DNA from: Macrostomum lignano
Lineage: Eukaryota
Assembly (NCBI GenBank): GCA_002269645.1
Contig: NIVC01004278.1
Location: forward strand, 1 to 52,001
DNA length: 52,001 nucleotides
Direction: 5' to 3'
In this document: positions 11,283-21,391 of the stretch, piece after piece
How the letters are laid out: every line of letters starts with the position of its first letter
How positions within the stretch are numbered: position 1 is the stretch's first letter
Notes under the pieces: generated by a model
Seen by the model: the letters and a program-made list of their open reading frames with translations, nothing else
The model's database searches: none
What the model was told of the DNA's origin: nothing
Made by a program: the position numbers and the translations under genes

Positions 11283-11520
11283 GGGAGAGAGAGAGAGAGA
11301 AGCAACCAGAGAGTAATGGGAAGAGATAAGAGAGAAAAGAGGTGAGGAAAGAGATGAGAGGAGAGAGTGGAGAGAGGAGAGGAGAGAGTTGAGAGAAGAG
11401 ATGAGAAAGGGGAGAGGAGTAGATGAAGGAAGTGTTGAAAGGGTAGAGTAAGGAGTGAGAAGAGAAGAGAAGGAAGAGACAAGAGACGAGAGAGAAGAGA
11501 AGAAACAGAAGAGAAGATAG
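10240..11520. repeat. ~1.3-kb polypurine (GA-rich) low-complexity tract with a (GA)n core at about 11224-11300
   Basis: The plus strand is almost entirely A/G. The long S/L-rich ORFs are artefacts of this composition. Confidence 0.95.
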
Positions 11521-12291
11521 AAATTTCAAAGGATCCAAGGGGCATAGGGAGACAGAGAGGCAGATACAGAGGCCAGCCAGACTGCCAGAGTTTGCCTGAC
11601 ATTCTGCGCAGCACCCTAGCCAACAATATCAATGTTTGCCTCAAATCCTAATTTTACACAAATGTGTACTCTATTTTATGTTTAACTCTTTCGTAACTAT
11701 TAACAAGTTTTTGTTTGAGTTAGACCTCAGATTTTAGAATACATGCAAAAATAGTTCCGGGGATTGAAATTCCCCGGGTTCAAAATCCGCGGGTTTCAAC
11801 AGCTTGTTATTATTAAGAATCAAAAAGTTTCTATTTCTAAGAATCAGACAGTTTATGTTTCTAAGAAATTGTTAATTCTTGTGTCTAAAAATCGGGTAAT
11901 TCCTTTTTCTAAGAACTGGTTGTTTAATGTTCGTAGAAACCTTGTATTTTTTGTTTTTAAGAATCGGATAGCTTAAATTTCTTAGAAACGAAATTCGTGT
12001 TTTTTTAAAATTGGATCACTAAAAATTCTAAGAATCCCGCATTTTCTTCTTATAAACGGATAAAATTGTTATTTTGGGAATCGGACGTTAACTGTAAGTT
12101 TCTGAGAATCGAACAATTCACTTTTCTAAGAATCGAATAGCCTATGCTTCTAAGAAACAGAAAATTCGTATTTCTAAAAATCGGATAGTTTAGGTATCCG
12201 TTTGTGTTCATGCTTTATGATTGGATTCTATTCATTAATAGAATGGCAAATTTGTCTTTTTAGATTTAGAATAGACAAAACTCCTATACAC

Positions 12292-12560
12292 AGACAGTTC
12301 AGCCGCAGCTATTGCGCGGTGCAGTCTAAAGGCTGCGTACGGCTGTTCAGTCCAATGACTGGGGGGTCGCCACTCCCCACACACACGCTCAATCACCCCA
12401 GCTAATACTGGCACCCATTTTACAGCTGGGTGAACTGAAGCAATGCAGAGTGAAGTGTCTTGGTCAAGGAGGACGCAAATTGTTCCGAGTGGGATCGGGA
12501 ATCGAACTCCCGACTTTTAAGTCGTGAGATCGACGCTCTTAACTCCTAGGCTGCAACCCC
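12292..12560 (-). mobile_element. tRNA-derived SINE, family 1
   Basis: Reverse-complement paralog of 8324-8600, with head GGGGTTGCAGCCTAGGAG..GTTCGATTCC and the same core and 3' domain. Confidence 0.85.
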
Positions 12561-12624
12561 CTTAGGCTACAATACATTTGACATCAGCAATACCAGCCAA
12601 TCTAATGAAGCCATCGGTACTTAC

Positions 12625-13541
12625 AAGCTCTCTCCAGCCAATTTACTATCCGCCGTATTAACCACCACAGCATTGCGCTCGCCGCACATGTCGATCTGCA
12701 TCCCGACGCCGGCGTCCATAGTGCACTCGTCAATGAATCCGCCGTGATGATCATCGTCCGCGTCTAGGTGATCAGCAGGCGGCTGCTCGGGATAATCATC
12801 ATCCTCTGGCGGCGGCAGTCTGGCAACAAAATCGGCCAGAACGGCGCTCTGATCTGCTGCACCGCCGCCGAATGTGAGGTCGTTTAGGCCGCCGCAATTT
12901 CTACGTAGGAAAGAAAATCGCCTAAACGCAAAGCAGAGCCACTGATTATTTGCTTCGTCTTCGTCTTCTTCTTGTAGGACGCTGCTGTCAAGGCGATTAG
13001 CAACCGTTGCTAAGCGGTTACTAATGTCAACATCTTCCAATCGGCATTGCTGCTTATTAGAAGAAGAAGACTCGTCTTGATTAGCCGACTCGCAGGCGCC
13101 AATACAAACTGACGCGTCGCTATCCAGCAGAATCTCGCACGCATTGTCAACCACGTAGACATTGTTGAGTCTCAATTCTCCCGTGCCGCCATCGTCATAA
13201 GCGGACGCCTGCTGTTGGAAGAGCGGATCAACGTCGAATCTCAAACTGGCCGGTTTCAAGCGAATCCGAGCCAGATTAGATGCGATCACAGCTTTCTGGC
13301 GGCGCTTCCGTTCGGCCGCAGCTTTGCGCCTGTTGCCCGACATTGGCCTGTCGTCATCGTCGTCGGCCTCGCCAGCGTTGCCTCCGTCATCGTCGCTGTT
13401 GATGTCGTTGTCATTGGATTTTTTCTCTGCAGAAGTTGTGGACCGGCCAAGCCCGCCAAGAACTTTGTAGGCCTCGTGGTGGACTGCGTCTACCCGACCG
13501 GCGTAGATTTTGGCGCCAGCGTCTAGGGAGCTGGAGGCCAC
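12625..13541 (-). CDS. NCAPH: NCAPH exon, N-terminal kleisin region
   Basis: ccgccag|GTG acceptor and TT|gtaagt donor. VASSSLDAGAKIYAGRVDAVHHEAYKVLGGL and VDPLFQ are Barren/CAP-H signatures. Confidence 0.95.
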
Positions 13542-13629
13542 CTGGCGGTTGCGGCGGTGATTTCAGGAGACTCGTTAGTTTGGTTGCTATGCAATTTTTT
13601 GTGAATTCTTCATCTTAATTAACAATAAG

Positions 13630-14216
13630 GCTGGCCCAGTAACTGAGGATCTGGGCGGCTGGCTCAGAAACTGAAGATCTGGGAGGCTGGCTCAGAAACT
13701 GAGGATCTGGGAGGCTGGCCCAGCAACTGAGGATCTGGGAGGCTGGCTCAGAAACTGAGGATCTGGGAGGCTGGCCCAGCAACTGAGGATCTGGAGGCTG
13801 GCTCAGAAACTGAAGATCTGGGAGGCTGATGGCCCAGCAACTGAGGATCTGGGAAGCTGATGGCCCAGCAACTTGGGATCTGGGAGGCTGGCCCAGCAAC
13901 TGAGGATCTGGGAGGCTGGCCCAGCAACTGAGGATCTGGGAGGCTGGCTCAGCAACTGATGATCTGGGAGGCTGGCCCAGCAACTGAGGATCTTGTAGGC
14001 TGGCCCAGCAACTGAGGATCTGGTAGGCTGGCCCAGCAACTGAGGATCTGGGAGGCTGGCTCAGCAACTGATGATCTGGGAGGCTGGCCCAGCATCTGGG
14101 GATCTGGGAGGCTGATGGCCCAGCAACTGAGGATCTGAATGGCTGCCCAGCAACTGAGGATCTGGGAGGCTGGCCCAGCAACTGAGGATCTTAAAGGCTG
14201 CATGGCCCAGCAACTG
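13630..14216. repeat. 28-bp intronic minisatellite (GATCTGGGAGGCTGGCCCAGCAACTGAG)
   Basis: Fills intron 13542-14261 and has an internal CTGGG..CCCAG inverted repeat. Confidence 0.96.
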
Positions 14217-14261
14217 AAAACAAGCAACACAAATTTAAAATTCTAAGCGAATGCCACTCAC

Positions 14262-14585
14262 CTGGAAGCCGCCAAAGTTCTCCTGTTTAACCATGCCATC
14301 CAGATAGTCAATCAAATGCAGAGCAAAGGCATTTTTTGCAGAAATTTTCCCTTCAGCAGACAATTTAATGCAGTCCTCATAGTGCTCAGTGAGCTGCTTA
14401 GCGGACATGCCATGCAGAGCGCCTTTATTTGGTGCGTTCTCTTTGTTGCCTTCAGCCCCGGCCAGTCGGCTGGCGCCGCCAGACGCAGCTGAGAGCAGGT
14501 CGGCCGCGTGCGACCGACGACGGTTGCGTCGCTGCTCCTCATCATCTTTCAGACTCCACGGCCCGTCCTGGATTTCCTCCTCCGT
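14262..14585 (-). CDS. NCAPH: NCAPH exon, first one identifiable; either spliced at tgcag|14585 or starting at ATG 14591
   Basis: [39 protein letters not shown] and FQ|gtgagt match the CAP-H N-terminus. 108 codons. Confidence 0.9.
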
Positions 14586-15000
14586 CTGCATTGGAGCAAC
14601 GGCAGTAAATAAAATTAAGTAAAGTATAAAAAAGCAGAAATATAATCTCTGTGTGTTTTCCAAGCATCAGAATCGCAGTACTATTTGGTACTCAGGGTCT
14701 ACATTCAAGATGCCAAATTGAAAATGAAAAACATTTAATAAAACTTAAGAATGCTTAAAATTTTCCTTCACCAACTTCAAATCTTATTAGACTAATATAT
14801 ATTTTCAAAGATTAATAATAAATAATTTTAGATTTTCAGTAAACAAATAATAGATATTACTAGCAATCTTCGACCCCCCTTGGGGGGCATCTGTATAGAA
14901 TCTCTGCTCTCTACAAGTAACAAAAAGATCGCCAAATAAAGCCTTCACAAAGAAAACAGACAAAATACTCAAATGAAGTGCAATGCAAAAAGAAATCATC

Positions 15001-15432
15001 CCAAGACAGCAAGCATCCCCCAGATAGCAAGCATCCCCCAGATTGCAAGCATCCCCCGGATAGCAAGCATCCCCCAGATAGCAAGCATCCCCCAGATAGC
15101 AAGCATCCCCCAGATAGATAGCATCCCCAGATAGCAAGCATCCCCCAAATAGTAAGCATCCCCCAGATAGCAAGCATCCCCCAGATAGCAAGCATCCCCA
15201 GATAGCAAGCATCCCCCAGATAGCAAGCATCCCCAGATAGCAAGCACCCCCAGATAGCAAGCACCCCCAGATAGCAAGCATCCCCCAGATAGATAGCATC
15301 CCCAAATAGCAAGCATCCCCCAGATAGCAAGCATCCCCAAGATAGCAAGCATCCCCCAGATAGCAAGCATCCCCCAGATAGCAAGCATCCCCCAGATAGC
15401 AGGCATCCCCAAATAGCAAGCATCCACCAGAC
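15001..15432. repeat. 18-19-bp minisatellite (CCCCAGATAGCAAGCATC) inside Helitron A
   Basis: Tandem units; source of the GDACYL and WGMLAI ORFs. Confidence 0.95.
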
Positions 15433-15529
15433 AATAAGTAGCTAGTGCGACGATTTCCTTAGCATTATAGTGGCTCCTTTAAAATTCGCTTACTTTTACG
15501 TTTGAAATTGTGTATCTTTTAGGTTTGAT

Positions 15530-16990
15530 ACGGTGGCTTTTCAATGTGTGACATGGTGGCTCTTCTATGTTTGACATGGTGGCTCTTCTATGTTTGACAT
15601 GGTGGCTCTTCTATGTTTGACATGGTGGCTCTTCTATGTTTGACATGGTGGTTCTCCTATGTTTGACATGGTGGCTCCTTATTGTTTGACATTGTGGCTC
15701 TTTAATGTTTAACATGGTGGCTCTTTTACGTTAGACATGGTGGCTCTTTTAGGTTTGACATGATGGCACTTTTATGTTTTGACATGGTGGCTCCAAAATG
15801 TTTGACATGGTGGCTCTTTATTGTTTGACATGGTGGCTCTTTAATGTTTCGACAAAGTGGCTCTTTAATGTTCTTCATGGTATAGCTCTTTTATGTTTGA
15901 CATGGTGGCTATTTAATGTCCGACATGGTGGCTCCTTAATGTTCGAAATGGTGGCTCTTTAATGTTTGACATAAAGTCACATATATGTTTGACATGGTGG
16001 CTCCTAAATGTTTGACATGGTGGCTCTTTAATGTTCTTCATGGTGGCGCTTTTATGTTCGACATGGTGGCACTTTTATGTTTTGACATGGTGGCTCTTCT
16101 ATGTTTGACATGGTGGCTCTTTTATGTTTGACACGGTGGCTCTTTAATGTTCGAAATGGTGGCTCTTTAAAGTTTGACGTAAAGTCACATATATGTTTGA
16201 TATGGTGGCTCCTAAATGTTTGACAAGGTGGCTCTTAAATGTTTGACATGGTGGCTCCTAAATGTTTGACATGGTGGCTCCTAAATGTTTGACATGGTGG
16301 CTATTAAATGTTTGACATGGTGTCTCTTCTATGTTTGACATGGTGGCTCTTTAATGTTTAACCTGGTGGCTCTTTTATGTTTGACATTGTGGCTCTTTAA
16401 TGTTCGAAATGGTGGCTCTTTAAAGTTTGACATAAAGTCACATATATGTTTGATATGGTGGCTCCTAAATGTTTGACATGGTGGCTCTTAAATGTTTGAC
16501 ATGGTGGCTCTTAAATGTTTGACATGGTGGCTCTTAAATGTTTGACATGGTGGCTATTAAATGTTTGAAATGGTGTCTCTTAAATGTTTGACATGGTGGC
16601 TCTTAAATGTTAGACGTGGTGGCTCGTTTTATGTTTGACATGGTGGCTCTTAAGTGTTTGACATGGAGTCACGTATATGTTTGACATGGTGCTTCTTTTA
16701 TGTTTGGCATGGTGGCTCTTTAATGTTTGACATGGTGGCTCTTAAATGTTTGACATGGTGGCTATTAAATGTTTGACATGGTGGCTCTTAAATGTTTGAC
16801 ATGGTGGCTCCTAAATGTTTGACATGGTGGCTCTTAAATGTTTGACATGCAGTCACGTATATATATTTTACATGGAGTCACAAATATGTTTGACATTGGA
16901 GTCACGTATGTGTTTGACATGGTGGCTCTTTTATGTTTTACATGGTAGCTCTTTAATTTTCGACATGGTGCCACTTGTATGTTTGATATT
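15530..16990. repeat. 22-23-bp minisatellite (TGTTTGACATGGTGGCTCTTTAA) inside Helitron A
   Basis: Long tandem array with variant units. Confidence 0.95.
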
Positions 16991-17744
16991 GTGCTTGTTT
17001 TATGTTTAGCAGTTTCGTGTTTTCAAGGTGTTTTAATAAAAAAATTATTTTGCTCTACCAAGATTTGAACCCAGGTTGCTACGTTGGCAGTCAAGTCTGT
17101 TCGTATCTAGTCTAGGCTATCTATTTTCAATTGAAGTACATGAATTGTGGCCCTTATAATTCAATTCTTACAGCAAGTTAATTAGAGTAAAAAGTTATGA
17201 CATAATCAGTTTCTCAGTCAGCCAGTATCACTCTCAATTCAAGTTAGCAGTATTGGTTACGCAATTTAAATCAAGTCGTGTGTGCATTTCTTCGGCACTG
17301 TTTTCAACTTGTTGTGATGCAATCTTTATCACAATCGGAATTCAGCCAGTCAGTTTTGTCTGTAGCATTCTTACAATGCATTTCAAGTCGAAGGAGCTGC
17401 TTGACCTTTGCAAAAAAGCATGTTTTTCGAATATTTAATCCCTTTAATATTGAGCAATTTCTTAGCCAAGATGCATGTACCGTCCCAGGAAAATTTCTGA
17501 TCGAATGGTGCAAGTTTGAAGAAAATCAGTTGAGCCAATTTTTCTGAAATCAATCGCATACCCATATACATACAGACAACTCATTTTTAGTATATAGGAC
17601 TAGCAATCTTCGCCCCCGATGGGGGACATCTAGATAGAATCTCTGTTCTCTACCAGTATCAATAAGATGGCCAAACAAAGTCTTCACATAGTCAATAGAA
17701 AAACTGCTCAGATGAAGTGCAATGCAAAAAGAAAACATCCTAAG

Positions 17745-18120
17745 ACAGCAAGCATCCCCCAGTTAGCAAGCACCCCCAGATAGCAAGCACCCCCAGATAG
17801 CAGGCATCCCCAGTTAGCAAGCACCCCCAGATAGCAAGCACCCCCCAGATAGCAGGCATCCCCAGTTAGCAAGCACCCCCAGATAGCAAGCATCCCCCAG
17901 ATAGCAAGCACCCCAGATAGCAAGCACCCCCAGATAGCAAGCATCCCCCAGATAGCAAGCACCCCAGATAGCAAGCACCCCAGATAGCAAGCACCCCAGA
18001 TAGCAAGCACCCCCAGATAGCAAGCACCCCCAGATAGCAAGCACCCCCAGATAGCAAGCACCCCCAGATAGCAAGCAACCAATTGATAGCAAGTATTGAT
18101 CTTTAAATAGCAAGCATCCA
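17745..18120. repeat. 17-19-bp minisatellite (CCCCAGATAGCAAGCAC) inside Helitron B
   Basis: Paralog of 15001-15432. Confidence 0.95.
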
Positions 18121-18224
18121 CCGGACAATAAGTAGCAAGTGCAACAATTTCCTTAGCTTTATAATGGCTCCTTTGTGATTGGCATGACGCTTCTTTTTAC
18201 GTTTAAAACTGCGTCTCCTATGTT

Positions 18225-19590
18225 CGACATGGCGGCTTTTTATTGTTAGACATGGTGGCTCTTCTATGTTTGACATGGTGGCTCTTCTATTTTTGACATG
18301 GTGGCTCTTCTATTTTTGACATGGTGGCTCTTCTATTTTTGACATGGTGGCTCTTTAATGTTCGACATGGTGGATCTTTAATGTTTGACATGGTGGCTCT
18401 TTAATGTTCGACATAGTGGCTCTTTAATGTTCTACATGGTGGCCCTTTATTGTTCGACATGGTGGCTCTTCTATGTTTGACATGGTGGCTCTTCTATTTT
18501 TGACATGGTGGCTCTTTAATGTTCGACATGGTGGCTCTTTAATGTTTGACAATGTGGCTCTTTAATGTTTTACATGGTGGCTCTTTAATGTTCGACATGG
18601 TGGCTCTTTAATGTTCGACATGGTGGCTCTTAAATGTTCTACATGGTGGCTCTTTAATGTTTGACATAAAGTCACATATATGTTTGACATGGTGGCTCTT
18701 TAATGTTCGACATGGTGGCTCTTTAATATTCTACATGGTGGCTCTTTTTAATATCTGACATGGTGGCTCTTTAATGTTTGACATGGTGGCTCTTTAATGT
18801 TTGACACAGTGGCTCTTTAATGTTCGACAATGTGGCTATTTAATGTTTGACAAGGTGGCTTTTAAATGTTTGACATGGTGGCTCCTTAATGATCGAAATG
18901 GTGGCTCTTTAATGTTTGACATAAAGACACATAAATAATTGACATGGTGGCTCTTTAATGATTGACATGGTGGCTCTTTAATGTTTGGCATGGTGGCTCT
19001 TTTATACTTGGCATGGTGGCTCTTTTATGTTCGACATTGTGGCTCTTTTATGTTCAAAATGGTGGCTCTTTTATGTTTGACATGGTGGCTCTTTTATGTT
19101 CGACATGGTGGCTCTTTAATGTTCGCCATGGTGGCTCTTGTATGTTCGAAATGGTGGCTCTTTTTTGTTCTACATGGTAACTCTTTTATATTTGATACGG
19201 TGGCTTTTTAATGTCTGACATGTTGGCTCTTTTATGTTTGACATGGTGGCTCTTTAATGTTCGAAATGGTGGCTCTTTTTTGTTCTACATGGTAACTCTT
19301 TTATATTTGATACGGTGGCTTTTTAATGTCTGACATGTTGGCTCTTTTATGTTTGACATGGTGGCTCTTTAATGTTCGAAAAAAGTGGCTCCTAAATGTT
19401 TGACATAGTGGTTCTTTGATGTTCTAAATAGTGGCTCTTTTATGTTTGACATGGTGGCTCTTTAATGTTCAAAATGGTGGCTCTTTAATGTTCGAAATGG
19501 TGCCTCTTAAATATTAGACATGGTGGCTCGTTTAGGTTTGACATGGTGGCTCTTTTATGTTTGACATGGTAACTCTTTAATGTTCGACAT
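18225..19590. repeat. 22-23-bp minisatellite inside Helitron B
   Basis: Paralog of 15530-16990. Confidence 0.95.
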
Positions 19591-20280
19591 GTTTAGCAAT
19601 TTTGTGTTTTAAAGGTGTTTTAATAAAAAAAATCTTTTTTGCACTACTAAGATTCGAATCCAGGTTGCTACATTAGCATTCTAGTCTGTTCGCATCAGGG
19701 CTATCTTTTTTCAATTGGAGAACATGAATTGTGGCCCTTATAATTCAATTCTTACAGCAAGTCAATTGGAGTAAAAAGTTATGACATAATCAATTTCTCA
19801 GTCAGCCAGAATCAGTCTCAATTTAAGTTGGCAATATGGTTACGCAATTTCATTCAAGTCGTGTGTGCATTGCTTTGACACTGTTTTCAACTTGTTGTGA
19901 TGCAATCTTTAGCACAATCGGAATTCAGTCAGTCAGTTTTTTTTCTAGCATTCTTACAATGCATTTCAAGTCGAAAATTTGGCTTGACCTTTGCAAAAAA
20001 GCATGTTTTTCGAATATTTAATCCCTTTAACATTGAGCAATTTCTTAGCCAGGATGCATGTACCGTGCCAGGAAAATTTCTGATCAAATGGTGCAAGTTT
20101 GAAGAAAATCGGTTGAGCCAATTTTTCTGAAATCTATCGCATACCGACAGACAACTCATTTTTAGTATATACGAGGCCAACTCCTCCTTCGGAGAAGAAA
20201 GGGGAAGAACTCCAATCAGCGGAATTCCATTCCCTGAACTCCATCAGCGGAATCCCATTTTCCAACACCTCTCCGCGCAA

Positions 20281-20456
20281 CAGAAATCGTCTCCGTGAAA
20301 CTGAACACTATCGAAATCCTCTCCGTGAAACTGAACACCATCGAAATATTCTCCGCGAAATAGAAATCCTCTCCGTGAAACTGGACTAAATCGAAATTTC
20401 TACGTCAAACAGCCCAGCTCTCAGAATTCATTGGTTAAGGTTAGGGTTAGGGTTAG
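20281..20456. repeat. Short 30-bp repeat (CTCCGTGAAACTGAACAC..) followed by four telomere-like GGTTAR hexamers
   Basis: Units at 20291, 20321, 20351 and 20371; GGTTAAGGTTAGGGTTAGGGTTAG at 20433-20456. Confidence 0.7.
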
Positions 20457-20632
20457 AGCTACACACAGCTGCGTGTTGAAAGACGCCGTAAAAACATTGA
20501 ACCAATTAAATTGCGCAACTTATTTCTCAGGCAGTCAGTATCAGCCTCAGTTAAAGTTAACAAAAAGATTGCGCAATCTAAATCAACCCTCAAATACACA
20601 GCAACCGACCCCCCTTCCAATACGCAGTGCAG

Positions 20633-21391
20633 CTAGAAATTGAACCCCCCCCCCTCACCAACTATTGGGGGTCGGTCGAACCCCCATTGAACTCCAAAAT
20701 GAGAACAATCTTTGCAGAAAGCTAAAAGTATGAAAATCTTTTCTTGAATGCTGTGAATTTAATTTTCATATTTAAAGCAAAAAACTTATATCCCCGAACT
20801 CAGTGTTGCAAGATCTTTCCAGCAATATAAGTCTATTCTTTTAAAGTTTAGAACTCGAGCAACAGTTAGCGTTTGAAATGTCCCGATTTAAAGCATTGAA
20901 GTATCGAGTGTACGTTCACCTGCCTGCTAAAAAGGCTCGCATGTTGATGCATTGAATTTCAGTGTGCAAAAAATACACCGGGCTGCCTAATTGAAAATCA
21001 GAGCACGTATCGTTGCGCAATTGTCTATACAGTCAGCCCGTGCGCCAAGGTCCAAGTGTACACACGCCGCCACTGAGAACGCGAGCACCCCACTGGAGAG
21101 AAAATACACTGCAGAGATAGGAGAAAGTTATGGCGCAATCGCTCAAAATTCATGCAAATTTTTAGCTCCAAGCAGAAAGAGGGGACAAATAAGATGATCA
21201 AAGGTCAAGATTGCAGTTTTTTGCTTTTTTCGGGATCTTAAAATGTAAAAATAAAAAATTGAAATAGCCCACTGCCATCCTCGGAAAATTTGCAGTTTTC
21301 CCATATAAGTTTCGACGCTGACTTGCAAGTCGTCTAGGAGGAGATATGTATCACACAGACAAACAACGCACCAGTTTTAGTATTAAGAGGA
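20633..21391 (-). mobile_element. Possible third Helitron-like element, different family
   Basis: Minus-strand 5' end A|TCCTCTTAATACTAAAAC..GTTTGTCTGTG resembles the A/B 5' ends. The candidate 3' CTAG at 20636-20633 is uncertain because it is not followed by T. Confidence 0.4.

Larger units (their letters stand above)
14860..17599 (-). mobile_element. Non-autonomous Helitron, copy A
   Basis: Minus-strand 5' end TCCTATATACTAAAAATG at 17599. The 3' end has a CCCCCC-AA-GGGGGG hairpin (14874-14887) 10 nt before CTAG|T (14863-14860). Confidence 0.85.
17600..20174 (-). mobile_element. Non-autonomous Helitron, copy B, head-to-tail with copy A
   Basis: 5' end TCGTATATACTAAAAATG at 20174. 3' hairpin CCCCC-ATC-GGGGG (17613-17625) then CTAG at 17603-17600, directly abutting the TC of copy A. 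Same internal architecture as A. Confidence 0.85.

Noticed and set aside
10136-11644. 502-aa Ser/Leu-rich ORF
   Set aside because: A CT-only strand cannot form stop codons, so this is a compositional artefact. The same applies at 26559-27266.
20433-20456. Telomere-like repeats as a fusion or telomere relic
   Set aside because: Only four hexamers. Such short tracts are common inside dispersed repeats.
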